From assembly GCA_964016885.1 (NCBI GenBank), contig OZ024743.1, positions 293,074,001 through 293,138,000 on the forward strand: a DNA stretch of 64,000 nt. Direction: 5' to 3'. Of the stretch, positions 42,232 to 57,236 are shown in pieces (the first letter of the stretch is position 1; the number at the start of each line of letters is the position of its first letter). The stretch comes from Eledone cirrhosa. Its lineage: Eukaryota. The notes beneath the pieces are model-generated. The model was not told the origin of the DNA. It saw nothing but the letters and a program-made list of their open reading frames with translations, and made no database searches. A program made the position numbers and the translations under genes.

Positions 42232-44317
42232 AGACGAACTGGGCCTCCTATTTAGACTTACCTACGACACTGACTACCTAGACAGCCATGACCTTAGACA
42301 TTTCTGCCCTAGTAGACCCATAAGAGGTAGACCCCCACCATAACCTCCATGGCAAAAAAGACTCCCAAGGGAAGGTGGATTGGGTGGACCAAAGCTATAC
42401 GGGCCCCCCAAAACAATGATCAGGTAAGAAAAATGATCGCACATGCAATAGGGCTAGTATCAAAACTACCCTAAAGGGCCACATATTCAAGTTCAACGAA
42501 AAGATCTACACCCAAAATGAGGGAGCAGCCATTGGCGTCAGCATAGCTGGTGATGTGCCAACCCTTTTATGGTATGGTGGGAAAGGAGACTTAAAGATCT
42601 CCTTAATGAGAGCTCCATAGACCTCATCATGTACTCTCGTTACGTAGACGATATCAATATAGTTATAAGAACATCCCCACTAGAGAGCACTAACAAGTTT
42701 GATTTAGAACGTAGCACAATGGAAAGCATCCAGCAGATAGCTAATTCCATACACCAGAGTATAACTGTAACTATCGACTACTCTTCCAAACACCCTAACA
42801 ATAGACTACCTGTATTAGATATGGAAGTCTGGATTAACACTATAGACGAGAGAGCCCAAATTCTCCACTCACACTATGCTAAATCCATGGCCTCCAAATA
42901 CCTGATACTCAAAAACTCAGCAATGTCCAGTAGTGCTAAGTTTAATATTCTGATCGCAGATTTGGTACGAGTGATGAAGAATGTGTCCGCATGTGCGACC
43001 CAACAGAAATGGAAAGACACATCCAACACTTCATCAACCGCATGCAGTTCTCTGGCTACAACCAAAGAAACAGAGTCAGAGTATACGAAGAAGTCATGGA
43101 GAAGTATAAGACCCTCATAGAACTGGACATGAAAGGAATTTGCCCATTATACAGGAGCAAATCCTGGAATAGCTTAGATAGGGCTAGACATAAGATAGGG
43201 AAAGCCACCTCATGGTACGACAACCAGAGATACCAGAGTGTCATGTTTGTGGATGCTACCCCTGGAGGGAAATTAGCTAACCAGTGTAGAAAGGCCCTGA
43301 GAATAACCCACTTAAAGATTAAGGTGGTAGAAAAGCCAGGAACCACCATAAAATCCCTGATCAGCAAAACCTACCCTTTTAAGAAAACTCTCTGTACTAA
43401 TAGGAAATGTATCATATGTAAGGTAAACCCCTGGATAAACTGTAAAACTAGAAACGTAGTCTATAGCATAAGATGTACAGAGGGTACTTGCAGAAACATG
43501 ACAACAACATACATAGGCGAAACAGCTCGTAGCATAGGTGAAAGGATAGACCAACACTGGGGGGAACTAAAAGGACGAAAAAACGCGTCAGTACTATACG
43601 AACATGCCAGACAACAACACGACGGTAACATAGACAACATAGAAATTAGAATAATATCTAAACATAGAAATGACCCAGCAGATAGGCAAATCAGAGAGGC
43701 CAGTGAAATAGAACTGAGAAGGTCAAGACTAAACAGAAAGAATGAATCGAATAACAACAACACCCAGACAAACAACACTGACCTAAGAGAAGTATAAATA
43801 AATAAATAGATAAATAAATAAATAAATAAATACATACACAAGCACAATAACAACAAACACATATAAACACATACTAGTAAACATAGAATACATTAACCAA
43901 TACACAGTCACCCGATCACGAACACACATCAAACAAAACACTATACACACACGCAAACGCATGCCACAAAGAAGACAAAATAAAATAAACAAACAAACAA
44001 ATAAATAAATAAATATATAAACAGACTAAATAAAGATGGCGAAGAAATACAATGCAACGGGGGGAATCTATAGCACCACTGACGATGTTGCAGATGTGCA
44101 ACGAAAGAACTTTGATAAACTATATATATGTGTTTGTGTCTATATTGTATCTGTATTATTTGTTACCGTTGGTCAGTCAATGGCAACATTGAGGACCGAA
44201 TAAATTAGATTACCGATATAAAAGACACAGAAGCGAAAAGCGAAAACCAACCAAACAGTGAGTGTGTTCTGTTATTAATTCTGGCAGTATTACACAAATA
44301 TGACCCTCCCCAAGTAT

Positions 44318-44320
<3 letters not shown>
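42232..44320 (+). mobile_element. PLE of a non-Naiad clade (tentatively Nematis-like), 5'-truncated and frameshifted
   Basis: GAAIG, RYVDD, LPVLD, RMQFSGY, C..C..C..C then VVY...YIGETARS (GIY-YIG). Confidence 0.88.
44069..44124 (+). ncRNA. Degenerate minimal hammerhead in the PLE 3' end
   Basis: CTGACGA 44079-44085, stem II gttgca/tgcaac, GAAA 44103-44106; stems I and III imperfect. Confidence 0.55.
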
Positions 44321-44395
<75 letters not shown>

Positions 44396-44837
44396 GAAGA
44401 AAGTTGGTTGATTAAAAATCTGCCGACCTATTCTTTAACAGACGTGAAGCACTCCACGGTTTTTGTTCATCCGGAGTTTTATTACAATAAATAAAAATAA
44501 GAGAGACGGTTTTATTCGTACATCCCTATTTTATTCCTTATACGTATTTCGAAGATGTAAGGTAGTTATATTTTAAATCCCTTACACGATCGCTTCAGAC
44601 AAACATATTTTACATATACAACACACAGTCAACGCGATCAGTCGCATATTTTGGCGTGGTAGACTATTTATTAAATTTAATATAAATACTATCTCAGACA
44701 GTAATGCCACAACTACAGTCATGTTGAATAACTGGTTATTCTTCTAACTATATCTTCTGAAGACACCTTTTATTCGAATTCGTAGAGTTATCCGACTAAA
44801 TATATAATTTATTTTACAAGGATTTGCTACAAACAGC

Positions 44838-47800
44838 ATGGCTGAACACAACATTAAGGAAGTATCGAAGACAACCAACAAGAAAGGTAAACAAACTTTA
44901 TTCAGTTGTAGCTACAGAAGAAACCGAAATTATAAATCGCATTTCTCTTGGAGTTGCGAACTTAATGATGATTTATTTAATTGTTATAAAATGACAAAAA
45001 ACAATCCCTACATTGGCTATATAAACAGATTGAACTACACTGGGAGGAAATGCACTCAGAGCTGAATTATTTCACATCGAAACAACTACGCCAACAAGCG
45101 ACGTTTGTTGAACGTAAAAATAAGATAAATATTATTAATTGTAAGTCCCCCACAACAAACATGGGATCAACACGCGCTACAGGTCGCCATGCTACTAGAC
45201 TTCCTAGCAGCCAGGTCGAACAGTGCCTTGATACAACTATGATTGTAAGAAACTTGACACCACGTGTACCATCTAAGTCTACCTCGAATGCTGAGGAAAA
45301 CACTATCGATAATAATAATAATCGAAGAAATAATAATAATAATCGAAGAAATGTGACACCACGTGTACCATCCGAGTATACCTCGACTACTGTGGAAAAT
45401 ACTATCGATATTGATAATAATCAAAAGTATAAACAATTGAAAATTTCCCTCACGAAATCTTCCAGAGAGAAATTAATTCATTTATAAATATCTCTCTTGC
45501 TGAACGTATTAAACGACAATATTTAATAAAAAAAAACAAAAAAAAACAGATAATAAATATTACGTGTTATTGAGGAAATAGGGGATGAATATTTACGACG
45601 GATAAAAACCCCATCATTTTGACAAATCAACGCCTGTTTATATGCCTTAGCAACCACAGTGATGATAGCAGAGATATTAACAAGAACAAAACACCACCAA
45701 ACATATCATCATATATAACTAAAATAAAAAAAAAGATTGCTGACCTACGAAAAACCATAGGATATGTGACAATGCTCCTTACATGCAAACAAACACAAAA
45801 AACCTCACTCCTCAACAACAAAGAGTGAAAAATAAAATAGAGACGATGCTTCGTAACAGTAGAACCAGAACTCTTCAATACAGGCTGATCACACTCAAAC
45901 AAGAATTGAGAGCTGTTAGCGAAAAACGCCGATAGCTGAAGAAGATAGATGAAAGAAAAGTGCCTAATAAAAGATTCAGACGAAAGCAAACATCCGTCTA
46001 TAGAGATATGAAGGACAAAATAATAAGTGTCACTGAGGCCCCATCCCAGAAAGACATGGATTCCTTCTGGAGAAAAATATGGGGTGAAAAGAAGAATTTC
46101 AACCAAGATGCAGTGTGGCTAAAAGAAATCCGAAAGAACTATTGCTCCTACACTACAACAAAAACATACGAAATAAGTGAGGGTACCCTTGAGACTGTGA
46201 TAGGAAAACTCCAAGATAAGAAAACACCAGGAAGAGACATGATTGTCGGCAACTGGTACAAAAAACTGATATTCCATCGGAGGTATCTTACTGACCTCTA
46301 CCAAAAAGTTCTTAAGGTCCACTTATACCAGAATGGTTGACATTAGCACAAACATTACTGGTCCCCAAGAACAAAGACACCCACTTGGGTAAAAACTACC
46401 GACCCATTGCATGCCAGAATCTGATGTATAAGATGTATACAGCCTGCCTGAACCTCTTCCTCCAATATCATTGTGAAAATAATAACATTATCACAGATGA
46501 ACAAGCAGCTGGCAGGAAGAGGGTTTGGGGATGTGCTGAACAACTCCTAATCAACAAAACTGCGATGTCGGAGGTGCGACAACTTAGGAGGAATATGGCT
46601 ACAGTCTGGTTGAACTACAGGAAAGCTTTCGATTCTGTTCCCCACTCTTGGATGATAGAGGCCCTCCAACTTGGTAAAGTCCCAGAGATTATTATCAGAG
46701 TCATAGAGAAGCTGTCTTCTTCTTGGGCTACTATCCTAAGGTTAAAGACAGAGATGGGGGACTCTATTTTCACTGATAAAATAAAATATCGCAGGGTTAT
46801 ATTTCAGGGAGACAGTCTCTCTATGATATTATTCATCCTGTCATTAAATCCCTTGTCCTTTCTGCTCAAGAAATGTGAAGGATACATCATTGGCTCACAG
46901 GAGGACAGAAATACAAACCTAACCCATAATTTCTTTGTGGATGATCTGAAACTCTATGCCAAGAACATGGATGGGATGAATAAAAATCTTGACCTGGTTA
47001 CAACGTTCCCAAAGGTTATAGGAATGGAGTTTGGCCAAGATAAATGCTCATATATGACTGTAAAGCGGGGAAAAACAACAACCCAATCTAGCAACATTGT
47101 CATCAATGGCCTAACTGTTTCACCGATATCTGATGAGGACTGCTACAGATACCTGGGGATAGATGAGAACATATCCTATAATGGTATCTGTAATAAGGAA
47201 CGCGTAACCAGGGAATACTACAACCGATTAAGAAAGATTTGGTCATCAGAACTCTCTGCGCAAAACAAAGCAGTGGCTCACAATGTGTTTGCTGTGCCTG
47301 TCCTAATACCAACGTTTGGAACACTCAATTGGATGATAGACGAAATCCGAGCAGTTGATGTTGGAACTCGAAAAATACTAAACAACACCGGAAACTTCCA
47401 CATCAACAGTGACATAGACCGACTTTACTTGAAACGTAAGCAGGGAGGCAGAGGCCTAACATCAGTCCGGACAGCATTTGAATGTCGCATCATATACCTC
47501 CGACAACATCTACGAGCCTCGAAGCGTAGGAGCCCGTCTCTCGAACAAGTCTATCTGCATGAAACAGATAAGATTATGAGAGTTGGGAAGGAACTCCTCG
47601 AGAGATATTCCCTGTGTGATAATCAAAAACTCACACCCAGGGAATTCGCTCATCAGTATCGCAGTGAATCCATGGATGAAAAACTACAAGCTTATCAGCA
47701 AAAAATCATACATGGATATGTTGCCAGGAAGCTCCAGAGTGAGAGTAATATAGATAAAGAAAGTAGTCTATCTTGCACCAACAAGCGCTATATTGGCTCC

Positions 47801-48520
47801 CACTTTGAAGGATACGCTTTTGCAATCCAAAAACAGGAAATTAAAACGAAATACCTGATTCACAAAAGAGATAGGGATGCAGGCAAACAACCTAGATATG
47901 ATAACAAGTGTAGACTCTGCAGAATTAACATCGAAGATGTCACCCATGTCATCAGTAGCTATCCAAAGATGTCATCGCGGTACTATCTACCTATGAGGCA
48001 TGATGTAGTGGCCAAAGCACTTTACAATGCAATCCGTAGACAAGATAGCCCCGATAATAAACACATTAAAAGCTACAGCAATGTGGAAGACATCCATGTA
48101 CATAATATGAAAGAGTACTGGTGGAATGTTCCAGTAAAAACCTCAATAACATGCAGGCATAACAGACCAGATATTATATGGGACATGGAGAAGAAAGCAT
48201 GCACAGTAGTGGAAATTAGCTGCCCAATTAGGAAATTACAAGTACAATCCATTAATGGAACAGTAAAAATATGTAAAACACCCCAAAAGTTTTGCATCTA
48301 ATAACTGCATATACACATGTACAGATACAAAACATATACACATGCACACATACAATTCAAAACATACACATCCACACATACAATAACATCCATATCTATG
48401 CATACATACATAATCAACCTAGTTGATGTTGTGTAAATTCCAATGAGAGATTCTTGTGTCTATGTTAGAAACCGACTCTCTGTCTATTGGTAAAAAATTG
48501 TGAAATTATAAAACCAGAAG
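44838..48520 (+). mobile_element. R4/Dong-like non-LTR retrotransposon with restriction-like endonuclease, decayed
   Basis: RT and REL motifs in one long ORF plus frameshifted N-terminal pieces; ends at (CATA)n. Confidence 0.88.
45960..48225 (+). pseudogene. R4-like RT, zinc knuckle and PD-(D/E)xK endonuclease
   Basis: NYRPIAC, KAFDSVPHSW, QGDSLS, FVDDLKLY, YRYLG, GGRGL, CRLC..H, RHD, RPDI..VVEISCP; C-terminus interrupted. Confidence 0.9.
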
Positions 48521-48552
48521 AACATACATACATACATACATACATACATACA

Positions 48553-49110
48553 TGGTGGCTGCCAACTCGTTTTCGAGTACGGCCACTACTTTATATCCAT
48601 GTAGGAGAACCCCTACCGATGCGCTGAACGAGTGTGACATTTTAGTCCAGCCAGCGACTTGAAAACTCTGGTACAAACACTACACTTCTGACAATTATTG
48701 ACACATAGTGCTGGGCCCATGGTACCATGTGACGACAAGTGCAGAGAGATCTCCAGATATAAAGCAATGCATGTGCCGTGATGCTTTTATAGTGAGCAAA
48801 GGCACTGCACAAAGCCAATCCCACTCTCTTAACCAAGATGATATTTACCAAAAAGAAGAACAAGTCAACATCATTGGATACCATCAGGGTTGCAGGTGTT
48901 ATATCAGAGTTTTCCTTCTCCTAGAATTCTGCCTTGACAAAGGCTAAGAGGTCATCTCTCTCGGTGATTTTGGATGGCCATTGACTCTTACGAGCTCCTT
49001 TGCCCTTTGACAGGTTTTGTTTTTAGTCCTGCAGGATGTCCAAAGTCACCCTCCTCACCAAGAAACCTTGGTGGGGTTGCCAGTTTAGACGCCAACGACC
49101 CGACCATGAG
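48553..49110. repeat. Interspersed repeat between (CATA)n tracts, related to 8387-8708
   Basis: Shared segments in inverted orientation. Confidence 0.55.
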
Positions 49111-49543
49111 ACATACATACATACATACATACATACATACATACATACATACATACATACATACATACATACATACATACATACATACATACATACATAC
49201 ATACATACATAAAAAATAACAGAAAGCTGGACTGGAAAATTTCTATAAAATAATTTTTTATATTAGATAACAGGGTTTTGGTGAACACGAACAGAGAATA
49301 GTATATAGAGGACATATTGGATTCGGGTATGATTTGCCGTTACAATAACATCGAATTGGCAGGTCATCCCTGAATCCAATGTGTCCTCTATTTTCTATTC
49401 TCTGTTTGTGTCCGTCGTAATGCTGTCTACCAAATTTCACTCACAAGGCTATACTGGAGAACACTGCCCCAAGATACCATGCAATGGGACTGCACATGAA
49501 ACTACGTGTATGCGTGACGAACGCCTTAACTACACAGCCATGC

Positions 49544-49605
<62 letters not shown>

Positions 49606-49663
49606 CAACCCCCACACCCACAACTCCCTCCCCCATTTCTACTAATAGAATCATCTTCCAATA

Positions 49664-50370
<707 letters not shown>

Positions 50371-50754
50371 TGAAAAAACAACCTGTCACAACCCCCCCCC
50401 CTCTTATTTGAAGAACTATTGTAACGCGAACTGGCGCGAAATTTATTATAATTATTGACAAACCAATCAAATTACTTCTCGAAAAACCTGGCATTTCGAG
50501 CCACTTTTTCCATATAAAACAAGTAACATTCAGAGACCAACCAGATGTGAGAAAAACCACAGACCCTCCATCTCAACTCACCTTTTGAAAAGCAGAAGAA
50601 CTGCGAAACCGGTAAAGGAACCAAATAAATATATATATTTTTTTTAAAAATAAGACTCCAGTTGCATTTTCGATTTCATCTATTTTTCTTTATACTTTCA
50701 CTCGTGTAGGACAGCTCGGTTATTTTTCATTTTGTAAAAAATCCCTCACTTTCT

Positions 50755-50787
<33 letters not shown>

Positions 50788-50954
50788 CGAAGGAGGTGTG
50801 GTAAGGAACCAGATGGACCATAACGCACCAGAGTACTCAATACTTAGCGTAGTAGAGTGGGTAATAGGAAAATGTTTAACCCCGACGGCAGAGCTCAAGT
50901 CCAAGAAATAGCCGTCGAAACGGCTTGAGCTCTGCCGTCGGGGTTAAACATTTT

Positions 50955-50960
<6 letters not shown>
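50788..50960. mobile_element. Palindromic PLE end with the 3' half of a hammerhead
   Basis: Perfect inverted arms 50864-50899 and 50924-50959; GAAA-cggc..gccg-TC-gggg; (TA)n both sides. Confidence 0.7.
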
Positions 50961-51011
<51 letters not shown>

Positions 51012-52321
51012 TCAGCGAGAATCGTATTTCGGCGGGTAGAAATAAGCGAAACGCAATTTCCAATTCGTGTTGGCAAGCGCTCCATGGATCAAAAGAGACC
51101 AGAGCAATAAACATATGTTATAAAGGCCATACAAACTGAGACGGCGGTTAAGAAGCTATCAACCACCTAAACCAATAAAAACGAAGCAAGCTAAACGGGT
51201 CAAACAAAATAAATGAATGAAATATTTAACCGGACCCCGGAAATGATGGTATAATCCAGTACATGGTTTCTGCGACACCTAAATCAAAAAATACTGACTG
51301 CTTAAAAAAATAAGCTTTTGGTATAATGATCGAACAAGGATATCACTTCCTCAACAGGTATTTTGTTCTGCGCCAGCAGAGTGGATGAGTGAGAGTCTAC
51401 GTATGGATGTGTGGGTTTGTGTGGGTGTGTATGTGTTTTTTAAGAAAAATGAAATATATTTTAGCAGAACGCTGGTATCGATTAAACGTATGTCTTAATT
51501 ATGCCAGAATAGGGATATTCAAGAATGGCTATAAAATGGGTGCCACCAGGCGGCAAGAGAAAGCAAGAAGAGTCAAAGCTCATCTAACGAAGATCATTTA
51601 TGACCTATCTCAAAGATATTAGAATTAACGAAAATGATGTCGGACATGTGTCATTGGATCGAAAAATTCTTAAACAGCTCTTTGCAGCACTATACGCCAA
51701 TGAGGTTAATTACCTAATCCTGATCCTATTTCGAGGTCAGTTTCTTTGTCCTGATAAGTAAATATTTTCGAATAGCCAGCAATTACTCCAATGCTGAAGA
51801 AAACCAGCATGAAAATAAGTAAGTTTGCATGCAGAATATTTTACGTTTCTTTATATTCAACTAAACCGGGGACGAATTTTGCTGCTATGGAGCTCTGGTC
51901 CTAAAAGCAAATATATAGAAAAAGTAATCTATACTATGTTGACGTTTCTTTTTACATAGCACTCATTCGGAATCTACTGCACCAATACAATAGCACATTC
52001 TGTCACCGTCAACTGAAAAATATGATGCTGCTTTCTAAATATATTTGGAAATGAAGAGATAAAGAAGAAATCAACAAGATAAAATGTACTGGCGTTTCTG
52101 TGCAATGTAAAATGCACGCAGAGAGCTCTTATTCAAAAGTTGCCTACACCAACACAATAGCACTCTTTGTCAGTAGTTTTTAAAATTATTTAAAAATGAA
52201 GAAATAAAAGCTGCAGGTAGGAAATATACAACATATCCGCATTACGGAATGAATTTAAGAACTGTAAATATTTTTTCATTTTTCCGCCCATTTCGGTGAT
52301 AATGAAAACAAATGAATACAT

Positions 52322-52590
52322 TTCTTCTTCTTCTTCTTCTTCTTCTTCTTCTTCTTCTTGAGAGAGTCGATAAAGAAAAGTTCTGAAATACGCCTTCCGG
52401 ATCCCCAAACAAGACCTACTGAGCTTATGGATGTTATCCCAACATTTAGTGTGTGGTATACCTCTGGGTCTCTTTTCGATTGGCATTGCCCGTAAAATCT
52501 GGCCAGCGATTATTTCCATAGACATTCTAACCACATGTCCGTAATACCAGAACTGTGATCTCTCGATACGGATCTGCTCCATCCGAAATA
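52322..52590 (-). mobile_element. RTE-like LINE 3' fragment with (GAA)n tail
   Basis: IERSQFWYYGHVVRM...KRPRG...WDNI. Confidence 0.7.
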
Positions 52591-53239
52591 TTCAAAATGT
52601 AAAAAAATTCATGAATAGTATTGTAATACTATATTATTTACTATATGTGGAATTTAAGGCGTGAGTAACTATATATCTTAGATATAGATATAGGCAAAAT
52701 ATATGCAAAACATTAACAAACTAACGATCGATGAGAGTAGATTCTTAAAGTAAATTCATATTTATTGTCTGTACATTAATCATGGAAATACTTACACACA
52801 AAAATGTTTGCAGGGCGTTAAAATTTAAAAAGCAACTTCTCCAGGCATTCGGTATTTTGAGCAACCCAAAGCATATATGTAAATAAATTTACTGTGCAAG
52901 ACACATTCCATGTCCTGGCTAATGATAGTACGATACAATGTAAAATCCTTGTGTACGAAACATAAAAGAAATGCTTATATTTATGTCATATTAGCATATG
53001 TTATGACTGTTTATTTTAGTACTGGGCAGTGATTAGTACTGCTTCGTTTGCTGGAATAGATCCTATGCTGTTCTGAGAATAGATTTTAACACTTACATTT
53101 TCAATCCATCTGTAGCCTCTGAATTTCAGATTGAATTGTACAGGCTCGACACTTTGCATTACTTGGGCATTAGAACCTGGTGGAATTCATTTCCCCTCCA
53201 CGACTAAGCAGACATGATTTCTTCCAGAAAGATGGAATG

Positions 53240-53395
53240 GGAGAGAGTGGAAAAATCAACCCCAGTAGTTAGCTGGTTCTTTATATATCTATCGCGAATT
53301 GATGAAAGGCAGAGACGACTTCGACAGGATTTGAGCTCAGAGTGCAGATAGCTTGAACGAATAATATAAGCATTATATTCGACATTCGCCGCCTA
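53240..53395 (-). mobile_element. Decayed tRNA-derived SINE
   Basis: ctgagctcaaatcctgtcgaagtcg..gcctttcatc on minus strand. Confidence 0.65.
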
Positions 53396-55632
53396 CTACC
53401 ATCTTGTATATGTATCTATATTCACTCCTTCCATTTAAGTGCAAGCATTTGTGGTTTTATGTATACGGACGTGATATATCTGTTATTTTCTATCAGAATA
53501 TCTTTGTCTACATTTGAGTTATTGTATTACTAGTATTTTTATTTCGGTTGTTCTTGATATTGAATTTTAGCTCAGAGATGGTTTCCCTGTCTTCTTTTAA
53601 TCTTTCGACATCACATTGCGTCTAGATATTAAAGGAAGATCTAGAACATAATTTTCTACTAAAACTGAATATCCAGGGTAGTGGTGAAATCTTTATTTAG
53701 AAAAGCATTTAGATTCTCCTCGAAAAATGAAGCCTCCTACAAAGAAATATATAAAAAAAAATAAACACAAACCAAAGATCAGTATACTAACAAAATATAA
53801 GGAAAAGCCATAGAACATTGCAGGCACATATACAATGTAATAAATATGCCAGACATTGCATCTATTAAAAATAAAGAATCTGCACTATATATATAAATCA
53901 TATGCACAGTAACTACAGAATAGATAAACACATTTTCACAAAATGTATAAAACAAAACACAAAACACATCAATTGTTCCCCACGTTTTTGTCCTGTTTAC
54001 CCTGTGGTGAATTTACTTTGGTAAAGTTGCCATCGCCTTGTTTTGTTCAATAATTTTAGTTTAAATTTCTACCACAATACAGCAACAGATAGCAGATATT
54101 TTTTTTTTTTTTTTTGTAAATACAGACAAATAGAGAGAATGGCTGAGAATAGTGCAGTCATTTCGAGAATTTCTTTCTACTGTGTCATATGTTTCTTGAA
54201 ATAGTTAGTTTCCTCTTAATTAAACTACTATATTGGTAAGCTGGTAATTAAAAAGCCTAAAATACAGTTAGTTATGTCAAAAATGGTAGATAGAAAACAA
54301 ATTAGCGATTTACTGAAAAAAAATATGCCTACTTCAATTTCTTTACACAAATTCAGACTGTTTTTAATTATAATTAAAAAGAAAATATGTACATATCCAG
54401 AATCATCAAAATTTACCCTCCGAGTACGCAAACTATAGCCTGAGAAGTAAATTTATCCTCGATTGGGAAACCCTGTATTATCTTAAATGTAAGTTAACCT
54501 CAACATTAAACTAGTTCAATCGTTAATATATAATAATAATAATAATGATAATCTAAGTACAATTATGTAAACCCACGCATTTACCCGCTTCACCAGGAAC
54601 ATTAGAAATATAGAGTCATCGATATTATTTAACAACCTAAACACTCACTAGAGCAGTGGTTCCGAGATAAAGTTTTCTTAAAGTTAAACTGCATAAGCAT
54701 TTATATATTTAAAACAATAATGTGTCTGATCGAGACGAAGCGAGAGTGTATTTGATTGAATACATATAAAAATGAGAGAACTCATCGCTAGAATAGCTGT
54801 TAAAACAGCTAAATGCTGTCAAAGACAGCAATGGGCAAAAATACCTCAGAGAACAGAGACCAGCAACCAGTGGTCCACAGAGAGATAATCCACAAGGTGG
54901 GTGACAGGCAGATGAAATATAGAAAAGATTAATATGAATAAATGCTCTCGTTAAAACAATATTAGTTACATAGTTATTAGAATTGGAGTGATGAGAAAAT
55001 TACTGGTATGGGTGTTACGGTATTTTTGGAAACTCGTATATAGGTACCACGATAAAATAGCTTTCGACAATATTGCCCCAGGATATAATTTACTAGATAA
55101 CATATCACGTTGTGGTAAATGAAAATCAATGCATGGTCCCTTACATGGTCCCTTACAGCGTGACTCTTGGTATATATCAATAAGCATTTCATTTTTTTTT
55201 TTTATTGTTACCGGAACATTCGCATTGAGCAAGAAACTACGAGTAGAAACAAAATTAATAAATGGTCTTATATTCATGAATGGGAAATGACATAATCAAG
55301 TTATTATATCAACATCTGTGAATTATAGCAATTTACATTGTCTCAAATCAAATGGGGAGTTCCAGGGTCTCATTGTCATTGAACCCCGTCCGGTCAATGT
55401 GAGCAAAAGACACACACAAAAAGTTTACTTTGCAACCAAGACATCCAAGGTTCGATCTGACTGCGTAGCTTAGCGTGTATGAATCAAGCTTTAATTGTGA
55501 AATCTTGTTACATCTTGCTACAATTGTTACAAGTTGTGCCGCTGTTCAACTTGAAAATTACACTACACTTACACGAGTCTTTGGGATGCCCAAACAGACA
55601 GAGAGATACACACACATTTATATATAAATTCG

Positions 55633-55671
<39 letters not shown>

Positions 55672-56085
55672 ATCATCATCATCATCATCATCATCAACGT
55701 TTAACGTCCGTGTTCCACGCTTGCATGGGTTTGGACGGGGGTTTTCCCACCTGAGGCAAGAGTGATTGTCTTGCTCGCATATGACTGTCTGGCGGGTTTT
55801 CTACAGCTGGATGCCCTTCCTAACACCAACCACATTTACAGTCTGGGGCTGGGAGGTTTTTACCGTGTTGCCTACACGGCCACATTACAGCGTGGACTGT
55901 GTGTTTTTTTGTCGTGACACCTACACGATCTCATTTGTTTCGGCCTGGATGTTGTGGCACCAACATAACTTTACATTGAAAGGGGCGGTGTGGATGGGGT
56001 GGGGAGGTGGGAAAACTATCCAAGGAAAACTTCAACCGTTAAGGTATGTTCCTTGGCTATGTCAAAATTTATAAAACACACTTTG

Positions 56086-56147
56086 TATTTTATCTGATGA
56101 AAGCGTACCAAAGTTTTTGGTACTCTTGAAATATATATAATAGAATA
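56086..56147 (+). ncRNA. Canonical minimal type I hammerhead in an orphan PLE tail (~56040-56287)
   Basis: tattttat-CTGATGA-aag gtacca..tggtac ctt-GAAA-t atat a-TA-atagaata; 8-bp stem I. Confidence 0.8.
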
Positions 56148-56283
56148 AATATGGTTTTATAAATATAGTTTCCGTTTATTTAATATCATTGAATATTCTA
56201 CTCCAGAAAATCTGTCGAGTGCTCTGAATCAGTTATAAATATTTATATTTGTTGAATTACCAACAACTTGAATATTCCTTCTG

Positions 56284-56329
<46 letters not shown>

Positions 56330-56334
56330 CATAC

Positions 56335-56383
<49 letters not shown>

Positions 56384-56393
56384 TATATATATA

Positions 56394-56446
<53 letters not shown>

Positions 56447-56464
56447 CACACACATCATATATAT

Positions 56465-56520
<56 letters not shown>

Positions 56521-56562
56521 AAGAATAAATAATAACGGGTAGACATCATAAAAAGGTAATTT

Positions 56563-56686
56563 ATTCTGTGTGCTTACAAATGTTTCCACGGTGGTTATAC
56601 AGCCTAGTTATGTTATGTGCAAATTTATAACTATTTGCAAAACTCAATTATCAAATGCAGTTACCACTGTTTCCTCGGAGCAGAAT
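56563..56686 (-). ncRNA. Type I hammerhead fold, core CCGAGGA, 85-nt stem II region
   Basis: tgct-CCGAGGA-(gtggt/accac; tgcaaat/atttgca)-GAAA-c attt g-TA-agca. Confidence 0.6.
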
Positions 56687-57236
56687 GGTTAAAATGTAAA
56701 ATGTAAAATGTAAATACCCTTAAGTGAGGTTATTGGGGAAGATAGAGTAGAAAAGGAAGAGAGAAAGAAGGGGGGAGGGAGAGAGAGAGATATGCAGGGG
56801 CTGGAGAAATGGGAGAGAGTGGTTTGTAGAGTACACATATCTTAATCAAAATGCGTGGTAGGGGTTTTATTATACTGGTTACTCTTAAAGCGACAACCTT
56901 AAGCGATGCGTTGATAGTTAAGGTTGGAATTATTTATTGCCACAGAGGGCAGGTTCATAGATGTGGAGAGGGAGGGAGGTGGACCGAGGCCGAGAGAGAA
57001 AGAGATAGAGGGGGGATGGAGAGAGAGGGAGAGATAGAGTGGGGACAGACGAAAGCTATGGGATGGGTGTACATTGAGTTCATAGTTGTAGGCTACAAAT
57101 TGCACTAAGTATCCATTTATAGTGATAAGCAGGGTATTGTCTTGTAGTGTGGGGATATAGTTAAGAAGTTGTTATTGAGAGAAAGTAGTTAGCTAGAAAG
57201 CAATGTTATAGTTACGGGTTCGAATGTTAAGTTATT

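Noticed and set aside
51714-51750. Possible 37-nt minus-strand exon (cag|DKETDLEIGSGL|gtaatt)
   Set aside because: Splice-like signals only; no recognisable homology or partner exons
54815-54900. Short open plus-strand segment ending AAG|GTGGGT
   Set aside because: No clear acceptor or homology
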